A stretch of DNA of 63,100 nt, the filler included, from Pseudomonadota bacterium (GTDB lineage: Bacteria > Desulfobacterota > Desulfobacteria > Desulfobacterales > JBDRRP01): the NCBI GenBank assembly GCA_043825735.1. It is 5 parts of 5 records of this genome, joined end to end, with 100 filler letters (N's around TTAATTAATTAA, not from the genome) between each part and the next. Parts side by side here need not be neighbours in the genome. Positions count along the whole stretch, not along the records: positions 37,014 to 51,058 come from JBDRRP010000031.1; 4 more parts are not named here. One strand, 5' to 3'. Both the position numbers and the translations under genes were made by a program. Positions 39,557-50,257 of the stretch are shown piece by piece; the first letter of the stretch is position 1; each line of letters opens with the position of its first letter. The notes beneath the pieces were generated by a model. The model did not search any database, was not told the DNA's origin, and saw only the letters and a program-made list of their open reading frames with translations.

Positions 39557-42500
39557 TTACAGTGCGTGAAACACCAGCCCGGGATGACTTACCCGGCCTT
39601 TCGCCAGATCCACCAGGTGCCGGTGGTGGGTAAAGAAGATGACCTGGGTCTTTTCGGAGAGCGCGGCGAGCACCTGGAGGGTCGCCGCGGCACGGGCGTC
39701 GTCAAAGCGTAGCAGGATATCGTCAACGATAAACGGCAAAGGTTCGTTGAGGCTCAGGTACTGCTCGAGGCTGGCCAGGCGCAAGGCCAGGTAGAGCTGG
39801 TCGGCGCTCCCGTCGCTCATGCCGGCTACGGCCACCAGCTCGCCACTTTCAGGCCGCACACCCACCAGCATGGGATGCCCCTTGTCGTCGTAATCAGCAC
39901 GGATGCCGCTGAAGGCGCCGGCCGTCATCTGTGAGAACAGCGCGCTGGCACGACTGACCAACGGGCCCTGGTATTTTTCCCGGTACCGCTCGATGGTGCG
40001 GGCCAGCAGTACTGATGCCGTTTTCAGGCGTGCATAGTGCTCCACATCCGACTCCAGTTTCCCCAGGAGGCGCTCGGCGGTTTCGGCCAGTTCGGCGGCC
40101 CTGGCGCTGCCGTCCATGCGCTTGAGCTCATTGCGAAGATCGCCGATGGTTTCATCGAGCGTCGATCGGGATCGATCCAGAGAAGCAATCTCGTCGGCGA
40201 TGCGGCTCAGTTTCGGTTCGATGCCGTCGATGTCGACGCGATCGGCCTCGGAGATGAACGCCTCGATGGTGGCGCCCCCGGAAAAACGACGGATGTGGTC
40301 AGCCGTTGCTTTCAGCGTTTCAAGGTGTTGTCGCTTTTCAGCGGATTGGTTTTCGATGCCGGCCAGATCTTCAGCGCGCCCGCAGCCGGCCTCCCGGCAC
40401 AGTGCGCCGAGCAGTGCTTCGGCAGCGGCGATGCGCTGATCGGCTTTCGCTTTGTCCGCCTGCACTTTATTCAACCGTTCCAGAAGACTTTTTCGGGTCG
40501 TCTGGGCGTCTCTGGCCGTTGTCAGCCGTGATTGGAGCAGCTCCGCCGCCCTTTCATGCGGCTGCTCTTCAAGATCCGGCGCCAGTGCGGCCGCGAGCGT
40601 CGCCACCCGTAATTTGAAATCGGCGGCATCGCGGTCGATGCCCTCGATGCGTTTTTTGAAGTCATCGGCTTCCGCCAACTGGGCTTTCGCCGTCTTGATG
40701 CGTTCGATGACGGTCATGGCCGCCGATGGACTGATGTCGGCAGCGAGTCCGATGGTGGCCACTTTTTCCCGCCACGTGGCTTGCCAGGATTTAAGGGCAT
40801 TGTCGATCTCAGCCTGCCGGGCAATCGCCGCGCGCTGATCAACGGCAACCTGTTTTAACTCTTTTTCGACGTCCTCACGTCGGGCGGCGTGTTTTTCCGC
40901 GATCTCCACACGCGAGCGGGCCAGAGCGATCAGCAGCGCCAACGACAGATCGTCCGCTGCCGGTTTCCCGGAATCGGCCAAGGCCCCTGCCAGCTTGCCG
41001 CGCAGAGCGGCGGTTTCCGCTGCCACGGTTTGTGCTTTGACGCGTTGGGCGCGAAGATCGGCCAACTTTGCGCGGATGGCCTGAATGTCGGCGGTCCAGG
41101 AGCGCATCTCCATGGGCGGCAGCGGTGTAATGCCGGCCTTTCGCCACTCGGCGTGCCACCGGGTCGAAAGCGTTTCGAGCACCGCCGTTGCCGTAGCGAT
41201 GGCGTTGCCGATGGCTGCCCGCCGGGTTTCGAGCTGGCTCAGCTGAACTTCCAGGTCCGCTTTTCGGCTGACCAGCGCCGCTTCACGGCGAAGCCTGTCG
41301 GCAATATGGTCGGCCTGCGCTATGCTTTTTTCAAAGGCCTCCGGCAGCGCCGGCGGTGGCAGATCAAAGCGGCCGGTAAATGTCGCAACGGCTTCCGGAG
41401 AGGGATTTTCCCCGGTGAGCCGCTGCCGTATCAGTCCCCAGCCTTCGCCGCGGACGACGCGCGCCGCCGACAGGTCCGATTCCAGGGGCACATCGACCGT
41501 CTGCGCGATGGTTGTGAGCTCGCCGGCAGTCCTTGTGATGTCCGCCTCGGCGGCGATCCGGTCGCTTTTCAGTTTTTCCAGGGTTTGACTGGCCGATGCC
41601 ATTTCCAGCCTGAAACGATCGATGGTTTCCGTTGAAGGGCAAGGGAGGGTGTCAACCTCCTCCATCCGGCCGGACCACACGGTTTGACGTTGCAGGTCTC
41701 GGATCAGGGAGGCTTCAAGGCTGACTGCCGCGCTCTGCAGTTCGGACAGGTGCTTTTCGATGGGGCCGGCGCTCAAGGCTTGCTCCAGGGCGGCTTTGAG
41801 CGGGGCCACGTCCACCGGGGCGGGCAGGGCCGTTTTTTCCGAGATCAGCCCATCCCGGCGCGCAGACAGATCACGCTGCAGCGCCACGGTGGTTTCCCGC
41901 CGGATCGACAGCCGCCCGTGTTCGTCTTTCATTTCCTGGAGATCACCCACGACGGCAGCAGGCAGTTTCACCCCGGTGCCGGTATGGCTTTTCATCTCTT
42001 CGCTGACTTCGGACAGATTATCGGCGGCCTGTTTCTGGAGCGCCCGCAGGGTCCCCAGACGTTCCGGTCGATCCTTCTGGGCCTTGCGGTGGCTGCCCAG
42101 GTCCTGCTGGAGGGCCTCGATGGCGCCTGCATGCTGTATAAGGCTTTCGGGCACCTTCAGGGCGTTCAACTGGCCGAGGAGGCCATCGATTTCCGCCTGG
42201 GCGCGCTTGAGATCGTTTCGGGCCAGTTGAAGGTCACTCTCGGCCTTTCGCCGGTTGTCGCTGAAATCCGAGGGCAGATCCGGAACGTTGTCATACACCG
42301 GCAGCGCCGCATCGATTTCCTTTTTTCTGGAAATGAAGGGCAGGCCGTCCCGAATGCGCGCGAGGCGGCTCGCTTGCTTTTTCAGCGCGTCCAAGCGCTG
42401 CTGCAGCGTTTCCCGGTCCTTTTGGGCGCTGAGGAGGGCCTGGTGATGGGTTTTCCATGTTTTCGCGGAAAGCAGGGCTTCCTTATGCTCCTTGCGGGCG

Positions 42501-43075
42501 GCGCTGAGCGACAGCAGGGTACTGTTGATGAGCGGCTTGGTGCCGCTGGGCTTGAATAGTGCTTCGCAGGCCTCGTGCATCTGCTGCTGGAGCGCCTGGA
42601 GATGGATCAGACCGGCGCCGGCTGCAAACAGCGCCTGACCGATATTGCCGCCGCCGGATATGATTTCCTGCCCACCGGTGACCAAATCCTCGTGGCCGAT
42701 GGCAAACATCTGCTCGAACAGCGACTGGCCGACGCCGCCCAGAAAGGCGGTCAGGGCGTGGTCATCGAGGATTTCATCATCATCGGGTCCCCGAAGGGTT
42801 TTGGTCTTGCCTTTGCGGCGCACAAAAGCGATCTGGGCGCCGTCGCGTTTCATCAACCTGGCGCCGATGCGCAACTGCGCATAGGCATGTTGGAAGTTGT
42901 CGGCGCTCTGGACAGGGATGCCGAACAGCATGCTTCGAAGCGCCCGCAACGCGGTGCTTTTTCCGGCTTCGTTGTCGCCGTAAACCATGTGAAGGCCGGC
43001 GGCATCTTGGGTGAAATCGAGGCTTGTGCCGGTGAAGGCGCCAAATGCGGTCAGGTTCAGCTCAAGGATTTTCAC
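39557..43075 (-). CDS. yhaN: YhaN-family (AAA_27, Rad50/SbcC-like) coiled-coil ATPase
   Basis: GTG 43075 start MKILELNLTAFGAF, YGDNEAGKST, MSDGSADQLYLALRLA, PFIVDDILLRFDD.R, FFTHH. Confidence 0.9.
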   Translation of the reverse strand: MKILELNLTAFGAFTGTSLDFTQDAAGLHMVYGDNEAGKSTALRALRSMLFGIPVQSADNFQHAYAQLRIGARLMKRDGAQIAFVRRKGKTKTLRGPDDDEILDDHALTAFLGGVGQSLFEQMFAIGHEDLVTGGQEIISGGGNIGQALFAAGAGLIHLQALQQQMHEACEALFKPSGTKPLINSTLLSLSAARKEHKEALLSAKTWKTHHQALLSAQKDRETLQQRLDALKKQASRLARIRDGLPFISRKKEIDAALPVYDNVPDLPSDFSDNRRKAESDLQLARNDLKRAQAEIDGLLGQLNALKVPESLIQHAGAIEALQQDLGSHRKAQKDRPERLGTLRALQKQAADNLSEVSEEMKSHTGTGVKLPAAVVGDLQEMKDEHGRLSIRRETTVALQRDLSARRDGLISEKTALPAPVDVAPLKAALEQALSAGPIEKHLSELQSAAVSLEASLIRDLQRQTVWSGRMEEVDTLPCPSTETIDRFRLEMASASQTLEKLKSDRIAAEADITRTAGELTTIAQTVDVPLESDLSAARVVRGEGWGLIRQRLTGENPSPEAVATFTGRFDLPPPALPEAFEKSIAQADHIADRLRREAALVSRKADLEVQLSQLETRRAAIGNAIATATAVLETLSTRWHAEWRKAGITPLPPMEMRSWTADIQAIRAKLADLRAQRVKAQTVAAETAALRGKLAGALADSGKPAADDLSLALLIALARSRVEIAEKHAARREDVEKELKQVAVDQRAAIARQAEIDNALKSWQATWREKVATIGLAADISPSAAMTVIERIKTAKAQLAEADDFKKRIEGIDRDAADFKLRVATLAAALAPDLEEQPHERAAELLQSRLTTARDAQTTRKSLLERLNKVQADKAKADQRIAAAEALLGALCREAGCGRAEDLAGIENQSAEKRQHLETLKATADHIRRFSGGATIEAFISEADRVDIDGIEPKLSRIADEIASLDRSRSTLDETIGDLRNELKRMDGSARAAELAETAERLLGKLESDVEHYARLKTASVLLARTIERYREKYQGPLVSRASALFSQMTAGAFSGIRADYDDKGHPMLVGVRPESGELVAVAGMSDGSADQLYLALRLASLEQYLSLNEPLPFIVDDILLRFDDARAAATLQVLAALSEKTQVIFFTHHRHLVDLAKGRVSHPGLVFHAL

Positions 43076-44339
43076 TGGGATCCCCCTCCTTGAGCAGACG
43101 CTTTGCCAGCATGGCATGGGCCGCTGCGACAACAGCGCGAACGCCCTCCGGATCGTCATGGCGAAAGGCTTCTTCCGACTGACGGTATTCGGCCGGCAGT
43201 TTTTGAAACAGCGGGGAGAGCTCGGCGCCCAATTCGAGGAGCTGCGCATCGTCGCCTGCCAGCTCGGCCACCATGCGGTTCAGTTCGGCCAGTGGACCGG
43301 ATACGGCCGGTGGATTTTCTTCGATGCGCTTTGGCGGGGTGCTGTTGAGCCTGATTTTTTCAATCCACGATTGATCGCCAAAGTGGGAAAGGGCCGCGGC
43401 GCGCACGGCTTCTCTCCAATAGACGGGATCGCCGGCCATCCGCTGGTGGTGGGTGGTTTCACCGCAAAAGACAACGCGGACGATCACCGGCAGCGGGGCG
43501 TGGCGATCGATGCCGGCGCCGAGAGCGATAGTGAAACGGTTCAGGCAATCGGATTCGTTTATTGCTCCGGTCAGGTCCACCGCCAGCACTTCCCACCGGA
43601 CGACGTCCAGCGGGCGGTGGACGATCTCGACCGGACTGTCATCACCGACCGTGACGAGCATGCATCCCTTGCACCCGGTTTCACGGATGTGACGGCCCTG
43701 GATGCAGCCGGAGAAAACAACCGGCGGGTCAAGGGAGACGATCTCGTCCTTGTGCACATGACCCAGCGCCCAGTAGTCATATCCCCGGTTTTTCAGATCA
43801 TCGATCGAACATGGTGCGTAACGCTGATGCCCTTCACGGCCGGTGAGGCTGGTGTGCAGCAGTCCGATATTGAAACAGCCGGGAACGGGCTCAGGATAAC
43901 CAGCCGCCAGATTGTCAACGATCGCGGCCGTGGCGAAGCTTTGCCCGTGGACGGCCACCTTGAGGGTGTCCATGGTGACGGTTTCTGCTTTGCGGGGCGA
44001 AAAGATATGGGTGTTGTCCGGGCAGGGAAGGGTCTTGGTCACCTGGCCCGCCGCGTCATGATTGCCCGATACGATGAATATCCGGATGCCGGCCTCCCTG
44101 AGGCGTCCCAGTTGGGAGATGAAGAAAAGTCCGGTGTTGTAGTCCTTCCAGTCGCCGTCGAACAGGTCGCCGGCCAGGAGCACAAAATCGACCGATTCAT
44201 CTATGGCCAGTTCGATCAGGTTTTCAAAGGCGCGCCGGGAGGCCTGGCGAATCTCATCGACGGGGGCCCCCTCGTAGGCTTCCAACCGGTGAAGCGGGCT
44301 GTCCAGGTGAATGTCGGCGGCGTGGATGAATTTTATCAC
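43062..44339 (-). CDS. yhaO: YhaO-family (Mre11/SbcD-like) metallophosphoesterase nuclease
   Basis: HAADIHLDSP, AGDLFD, GNHD, GLLHT, YWALGHVH, QGRHIRETG. Confidence 0.92.
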   Translation of the reverse strand: MIKFIHAADIHLDSPLHRLEAYEGAPVDEIRQASRRAFENLIELAIDESVDFVLLAGDLFDGDWKDYNTGLFFISQLGRLREAGIRIFIVSGNHDAAGQVTKTLPCPDNTHIFSPRKAETVTMDTLKVAVHGQSFATAAIVDNLAAGYPEPVPGCFNIGLLHTSLTGREGHQRYAPCSIDDLKNRGYDYWALGHVHKDEIVSLDPPVVFSGCIQGRHIRETGCKGCMLVTVGDDSPVEIVHRPLDVVRWEVLAVDLTGAINESDCLNRFTIALGAGIDRHAPLPVIVRVVFCGETTHHQRMAGDPVYWREAVRAAALSHFGDQSWIEKIRLNSTPPKRIEENPPAVSGPLAELNRMVAELAGDDAQLLELGAELSPLFQKLPAEYRQSEEAFRHDDPEGVRAVVAAAHAMLAKRLLKEGDPSENP

Positions 44340-45562
44340 TGCGCGGCCTTGCGTTTTTTAAGCGCCAGCGCGGCGCGCAGACCCTTTTCGCGGATCACCT
44401 TGATCTTGAGCCTGGTTTCGGTGAGCTTGAAAAAGCGCTTTCCATATTTCTTCAGCAGCACCGGGTCGATCTCGAAGCCCAACCCCGGCTTGGTGAATGG
44501 CAGAAGGTGTCCGGTGGCATCGGGCAAAATGGGGGCGATGACCCCTTCACGCTGCTCGGGCACCCAGGAGGGCTCCTCCAGGGGGTATTCCAGGGGCAGG
44601 GTGTTTTCGGGGTCGGACAGCACCAGGTTCCAGTTGATGTAAAAGCCGATGCCGTTGGTCCAGGTGTGCGGTGTATAGAGCCGGCCGGCAGCGCGGCAGG
44701 CGTCAATGACTTTTTTCACCTGAGCAATGCCTCCGGCAAAGCAGGCATCGGGCTGGTAGATGTGGAAGCAGTCCTTTTCCAGCATGATCTTGATTTCGTC
44801 CCAGCCGGTGTTGAGCTCGGCGCCGGAGATCTTTACCGGCGAGGTTCTTTTCAAGGCCGCATTACCGTCGTAGTCCCTTGAATCGAGCGGCTCTTCGAGC
44901 CATCCGATGTCGTACTGCGCGCATGCGGAGGCAAATGCCGCGGCGCGTTTGAAATCCCAGGCGGGAACGCGGTCCACGATGGACACCAGCCAGCCCTGGT
45001 TGGCGTCCACGCCCAGCGCCATGCTGTTGCCGATGCCTTGCCGGATGCCGGCGATATTGGTAATGTCTTCACCGAGGGTGCGTCCCTTGACCCGGAGCTT
45101 TGCGGTTTTAAATCCGCGGTCCTTCATGGCGAGCAGGTAATCGATCCGTTTTTGGGGAGGCTGCATCTCACCGGTGGAGCAGTACACTTCAATGGGGCGG
45201 GCGCGTCCGCCCAGAAGCTCGTAAACGGGCTTTCCGGCAGCCTTTCCCATGATGTCCCAGCAGGCCGGCTCGATCCAGAAATTGCGCCAGCCCAGAAACC
45301 CGGCCTGTTTGAGCAGATCCTGCACGCGGTCGATGTCCTGGGGGTCCGATCCCATGAGATACGCTCCCAAAAGATCCCCCAGGCCCTGGCGCTCCCTGCC
45401 CATGGCCGATCCGGCGGACCAGCCCTCGATCCCGTCCTTGGTGACCAGGCGGATCAGGGTGAACCGGTTGTGGGTCTGCGGGTAGCCGGGTATCCAGGTG
45501 GGCCAGAATGTTTCGCGCAGCGGAACGGACACGTGATAGAGTTCGATGAGACTGATTTTCAT
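44336..45562 (-). CDS. Mandelate racemase/muconate lactonizing (enolase superfamily) enzyme
   Basis: WDIMGKAAGKPVYELLGG, KLR, VDANQG, WLEEPL, GAE, YQPD, PHTW. Confidence 0.9.
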   Translation of the reverse strand: MKISLIELYHVSVPLRETFWPTWIPGYPQTHNRFTLIRLVTKDGIEGWSAGSAMGRERQGLGDLLGAYLMGSDPQDIDRVQDLLKQAGFLGWRNFWIEPACWDIMGKAAGKPVYELLGGRARPIEVYCSTGEMQPPQKRIDYLLAMKDRGFKTAKLRVKGRTLGEDITNIAGIRQGIGNSMALGVDANQGWLVSIVDRVPAWDFKRAAAFASACAQYDIGWLEEPLDSRDYDGNAALKRTSPVKISGAELNTGWDEIKIMLEKDCFHIYQPDACFAGGIAQVKKVIDACRAAGRLYTPHTWTNGIGFYINWNLVLSDPENTLPLEYPLEEPSWVPEQREGVIAPILPDATGHLLPFTKPGLGFEIDPVLLKKYGKRFFKLTETRLKIKVIREKGLRAALALKKRKAAQ

Positions 45563-46027
45563 CGCATCCCTCCTTCAGCGACGGTGCGTTTCTGCTCAAT
45601 GCACCGGGGTTTGTTTTACAGCGGCAGCGCGACGTGACGCCCGTGCCGCTGTCATCCAGACTATGACCGAATGTGCAGAGCGGCGTCAATAGGGGAATAC
45701 GGGTCGAATTTTTAAAGCGATCTTGATAGCCATTTTACGACTTCATATCCGCGACGATGAGGGCACCACCATGGGTGTTCTGGAAGTCACCCAGACCATC
45801 GGCGAGATCCTGATCGTGTTGCGATGTTCGGGTCATGGCAGGTTGACCCATCGCTCTTGACAGAATCGAAATCCATGTGCTCGATTCAGTGGCAGCAGTG
45901 AAGCTGTTCAACAGTGCAGACAAAAAAGGGCTGGTCGCGGCGTTTCACACCGGTTGCTGAACTAAAGGTCCTCATGCGTAAAATACGTCACTGTAATTGC
46001 GAATCGAAACCCTGAGGCACACACCGC

Positions 46028-46708
46028 TTAGAGTGAATTGATGTCATTGTATCCGTAATCGGACCATTGCTCACTGATTATCCACTTGATTTTGCCGGCA
46101 ATCGTCTTGCCGATACCATCGACAGCGGCCCATTGCTCAGGCGTGGCTGCAATGGCCGAAGCAACGCTGCCGAAATGATCGAGGAGCCTTTGAGCCCGCG
46201 CAGGGCCGATGCCGGGCAGGCCCTGAAGGATGTAAAGTTGGCGCCGGCGTTTGCCTTTGGGCCTGTACCCGTTTCGTTGAACGGTCCCGCGGGCGACCGC
46301 ATTGATCTGTCGAGCGGCCATCAGCATCAAATGGGCCGTTTCAGCCGGATTCCGAGCACGGAGCACAGGAACCCCCAGAACGAGACTGACCGTAATGAGC
46401 GCTCCCTGCAGTGCTTCGCGGCGCACCCCCGTCCCTGCTATGTTGGCGCCGGAGCCTTCGAGGATCAACACGGGTATCATCGATGCGGTTGCCATCTTGA
46501 TGCACTGCCGAAACAGTCTGCCGTCGATGACTGAAACCGCGAAATCACCCAACGTTTTTCTTTCAAATACCAGGCGTTCATCAACCTGATAGTCGCCCAT
46601 GGCAAGTCTTTGGACTGAGACAGACACATGCGCATGCCGCATCAGCGCTTCAATGACATCACTGCCGGTTTCCCGGTCATCGGCAAGGATGGTGACTGGT
46701 TTTGGCAT
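46028..46708 (-). CDS. ERCC4/XPF-type nuclease with helix-hairpin-helix domain
   Basis: DDRE, GDY, ERKT..DF..S..DGRLF.Q, GLPGIGP, VDGIG. Confidence 0.9.
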   Translation of the reverse strand: MPKPVTILADDRETGSDVIEALMRHAHVSVSVQRLAMGDYQVDERLVFERKTLGDFAVSVIDGRLFRQCIKMATASMIPVLILEGSGANIAGTGVRREALQGALITVSLVLGVPVLRARNPAETAHLMLMAARQINAVARGTVQRNGYRPKGKRRRQLYILQGLPGIGPARAQRLLDHFGSVASAIAATPEQWAAVDGIGKTIAGKIKWIISEQWSDYGYNDINSL

Positions 46709-46731
46709 CCGCTATTCTTCAGTTCCTTTGA

Positions 46732-48027
46732 TCAACCTCGGCCGTGTGAACCCAATTTATCCTGGAGTATATGAATCACTGTCGGATCGACCTTGAACAT
46801 CCCCTCCATTGCGATCCGGCCCAGGTTTCTTATGGAGTTTTCAGGCGTTGCCCCAATGATGCCGTCATTATCCGACAAGCCGTATCCGGCGATGGCCATA
46901 AACCCGGAACGCATGGCCGTGTCCACTGCGGATACGGTCTTCATGGCGCACCCCGGTTTGGCGCCGTCACAAATCAGGCCGCTCAGATCGCCGATGACAT
47001 TGCCCATGGCGAATGTGATTTTTTCCATATCGATGCCGCACTGCTGATAGACGATCGCGGCGGCGGCGGCGATGCCGGCGGCCATCGAGCAGCCGCAGAT
47101 AACGGACAACTCGCCGATATAACATTTGATATATGAATTCAACGCGTGCGTTACGGCGATACTCTCCTGGATGCGCTCGAGCGCTATCTTCTGATGACAG
47201 CCGACCAGGTAGGGTGTCAAAATGCCGACCACGCCTTGGTTTCCCGAGCCGCCGGAGGTCATGACCGGCATCGGATATCCTGACATCCGCGCATCCACCG
47301 CGGCTGCGACGGTAAATTTGGCAGTATAGAAAAGATCTTCCGCCATCACGCCCGATGCTTTCATCTGCTGCAACTGATAAGCGGTCCGCTTGATCTCTGC
47401 GCCGGCTTCGGCAATGGCCAGATTCATTTCGACCCCGCGCTGCAGGCAACCGCGCGTGTCTTCATCGAGCACCACAACCTCGCTGATCAATTCCTTTATG
47501 GACATTGCTTTCAATCGGCTCCGGTAGTCTTGACGCTTCGATTCACCGGGTGATTTTTCAGCCCCGAATTCCTGCCCATTTTTTTGGAGCGATACGATGT
47601 CGGTATGGCCTCCGGAAAGGATGCATCGCGCCCATGACTCAGCGCTTTCAACCCGTGCTTCAACAAAAAATTCGCGCTTTTCTTCGCTGCACCGGTACTC
47701 GGCATTTCCGCTGTCAATCAGTTTTTCGGCTGTCTTGAGAATCTCAGGGGTAACCGTCTGCAGAACCTCCAGTTTGGTTGCGGCATCCGCGGCAACCGCG
47801 CCCATGGCCGCTGCGATAAGATTGCCTTTGGCGCCGTTGCTGTGGGGTACGGTTACCGCCGCCCCGTTTTTATAGGTCCCGGGGTCGACCGCGAGTTTTA
47901 TCTTTTCAACCGGCGCCGGAGACAGCAGCTCGGCGGCCGCCGCCATTGCATAGGCACATGCGATCGGCTCAGTGCATCCCAGCGCAGGGAATACTTCATT
48001 TTCCAAAATATCCTTCAGGATCGTCAT
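46732..48027 (-). CDS. Serine dehydratase alpha-like protein (YhaM/L-cysteine desulfidase family)
   Basis: PALGCTEPIA, DARMSG..PVMTSGGSGNQG, LSVICGC, ICDGAKPGCAMK. Confidence 0.88.
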   Translation of the reverse strand: MTILKDILENEVFPALGCTEPIACAYAMAAAAELLSPAPVEKIKLAVDPGTYKNGAAVTVPHSNGAKGNLIAAAMGAVAADAATKLEVLQTVTPEILKTAEKLIDSGNAEYRCSEEKREFFVEARVESAESWARCILSGGHTDIVSLQKNGQEFGAEKSPGESKRQDYRSRLKAMSIKELISEVVVLDEDTRGCLQRGVEMNLAIAEAGAEIKRTAYQLQQMKASGVMAEDLFYTAKFTVAAAVDARMSGYPMPVMTSGGSGNQGVVGILTPYLVGCHQKIALERIQESIAVTHALNSYIKCYIGELSVICGCSMAAGIAAAAAIVYQQCGIDMEKITFAMGNVIGDLSGLICDGAKPGCAMKTVSAVDTAMRSGFMAIAGYGLSDNDGIIGATPENSIRNLGRIAMEGMFKVDPTVIHILQDKLGSHGRG

Positions 48028-48255
48028 GAATATCTCCTCTGCCCTTGCAGGTTAAGGGATGTTTCTTGTTACATGATCTGATTCAGAGCGCTCCGAAAAT
48101 TGACAGGCACGCCTAATTTCAAATACACTATCAGCGCATTTTTTAAAATCCGAAGGATTGATATGCGTAAACGGTGAGGGCGGCGCGTGTGCGTCGCTGA
48201 AGAGCCCGGGCGTTATGGCCCAACGTGACGTGGCGGCCCTCTGGATGAGGATTGA

Positions 48256-49116
48256 ATGTTAAAAAATACGTTTCAGCATCTTCCCGGTATCGGTAAAAAA
48301 ACGGAAGCGCGCATCTGGTTGGCAGGCGCGAAAGACTGGGACTGCCTGGATGAGCCCCACCGGATAAATTTGCCGGGCAAAAAAGTGGCCGCTTTGGCAA
48401 ACAGTTGCCGGGAATCACGTGCGCACTTTGCCAGAGGGAACCCGGTCTACTTCGAAAAGCTGCTCTCTGCGTCCCTGGGCTGGAGAATCTTTCCCGAATT
48501 CAGGCAGCACACCGTGTATCTCGATATCGAAACCGACGGGCTGGACAGCTACTACGGCAAAATTACCACCATTGCATTGTATGATGGGGAAAATATTTTC
48601 TGGTATGTTCAGGGGAAAAATCTCGACGATTTTGTGAGAGATATACAAAAGTACACGGTGCTGGTGACATATAACGGGAAGACTTTTGATGTGCCTTTCA
48701 TCCAGGAATATTTCCGGATACGCCTTCCCCAGGCGCATATCGACCTGCGCTACGTGTTGGCGAGCCTGGGATATAAAGGCGGTCTGAAACACTGCGAAAA
48801 GTCGCTGGGGGTAGGGCGCGGATCGCTCGAGGGGATCGACGGCGCATTTGCCCCCTTGCTCTGGGAGGAGTACCAGATCCGCAACAGTAAAGAGGCGCTG
48901 GAAACGCTGTTGGCATACAATATCGAGGATGTCGTGAATCTGGAAACGCTCATGGTGAAAGCCTACAATCTCAACGTCGCCGAGACGCCTTTCGCCGAAA
49001 CCCACCGGATGCCACTGCCGAAAACGCCCGAAATTCCGTTCAAGCCCCACCGGCAGACCGTTGAGAAGATACGGGCGCGACTAAATACCGTAAATTCCTA
49101 TCCCTACCGTTATTGA
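48256..49116 (+). CDS. YprB-like RNase H-fold exonuclease domain protein
   Basis: N-terminal HLPGIG, YLDIETDG, TYNGKTFDVP, HIDL, GGLK..EK, YNIEDV. Confidence 0.88.
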   Translation: MLKNTFQHLPGIGKKTEARIWLAGAKDWDCLDEPHRINLPGKKVAALANSCRESRAHFARGNPVYFEKLLSASLGWRIFPEFRQHTVYLDIETDGLDSYYGKITTIALYDGENIFWYVQGKNLDDFVRDIQKYTVLVTYNGKTFDVPFIQEYFRIRLPQAHIDLRYVLASLGYKGGLKHCEKSLGVGRGSLEGIDGAFAPLLWEEYQIRNSKEALETLLAYNIEDVVNLETLMVKAYNLNVAETPFAETHRMPLPKTPEIPFKPHRQTVEKIRARLNTVNSYPYRY

Positions 49117-49207
49117 GAAGCGCAAGGGCGCTGCTGCAGTGTGTGAAAATGCCTGAACCCAGGCGGGTATTGACCTTCACGGCGGCGGGTCGGTGGCTCG
49201 GCCCGGA

Positions 49208-50215
49208 TCACACCGTTTTCTCCCAATCGGTCCGGACCAGTTCGCAGAGCCGCTTGCTGCGATCGAACGCCAGCTTGATGGTGTCCCAGTCCGGCGGACT
49301 GTGGAGTTTCTGCATCAAAAGGCCGTCCACCCCGAACCAGCGCGGCAGCACGCCGCCAAGGAAATAGCCCCGGGCCTGCATGACCGCCACCGCCGACCCG
49401 GACCAGGGGTTCCCAAGGCTCAACCATGCCTGGAAGACCGCCACCCCTTGGGCCGCAGCCTCGGTTTCGGCCGCGGCCAATGCCCGGTCCAGATCCGGAC
49501 CGGTATCCCATAGGGTCATGCGGGCCAGCTGCGCGGAGGGGATGATGTGGTTGTCGATCCGTGTCGACACCCCGGCCGGCAGCGGATCGGTGGACGTCGT
49601 CACCTCGCGGGTATCGTCGAACTCATCGTAGAGCCAGCCAATGCTTTCGGTGTAGACAGCCGGCAGGTAAACCCGGTGGGCGCTGGGGCGCAGGGTGATG
49701 AAGTCCTGCAAGGCCGACACCCGGCCGACCGCGCTCTTCTCCTTGGTGTAGGCCGCTGCCGGCATCAGCCCCACCTCCAGAGCCATGCTGATCCAGCCTA
49801 TGCTACGGCACATGCGTTGGCTGAAGACGTGGTTGCACACCGGCTCGCCCCAGACCGCTGCCACCCCGAAGCGGGGACCGCCCAACGCAACCCCGTGGCT
49901 GCACATGCGGGTAAACAGATTGCCGGCACGGTATTCCGGGTCCACCAGCCCGGCCCCGCTTTCATAGGTCTTGGGGTGGGGCACGTGGCTGAAGAGGGCG
50001 TTGTGGCCTACCACCCGGCCCTCGGGGGTCCGGGCCACGCTGGATATGATGCGCCCGCTGCGGTTGGCTTCCACGAGTATCTCGGGCTGATAGTAGTCGC
50101 CCACAGGGTAGCCCTCGCCATAGACCTTGCGGAAAAGGTCGGCCACCTGGGGCGCGTCCTCCGGGCGCAGAAGATCAATCTCCACCGGCGCTGTCTGATC
50201 CACGTTTTCGCTCAT
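49208..50215 (-). CDS. GNAT-like acyltransferase family protein
   Basis: VYGEGYP, VVGH.A, LVDPEYR, EPVCNHVFSQR; ATG 50215 after GGAG. Confidence 0.7.
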   Translation of the reverse strand: MSENVDQTAPVEIDLLRPEDAPQVADLFRKVYGEGYPVGDYYQPEILVEANRSGRIISSVARTPEGRVVGHNALFSHVPHPKTYESGAGLVDPEYRAGNLFTRMCSHGVALGGPRFGVAAVWGEPVCNHVFSQRMCRSIGWISMALEVGLMPAAAYTKEKSAVGRVSALQDFITLRPSAHRVYLPAVYTESIGWLYDEFDDTREVTTSTDPLPAGVSTRIDNHIIPSAQLARMTLWDTGPDLDRALAAAETEAAAQGVAVFQAWLSLGNPWSGSAVAVMQARGYFLGGVLPRWFGVDGLLMQKLHSPPDWDTIKLAFDRSKRLCELVRTDWEKTV

Positions 50216-50257
50216 GCGGTTTCTCCGGGTATATGGGGACGTCCATGAATAAATAAT

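Noticed and set aside
43011..44642. 543-aa plus-strand ORF
   Set aside because: Antisense shadow of yhaO and neighbours in GC-rich DNA; no motifs.
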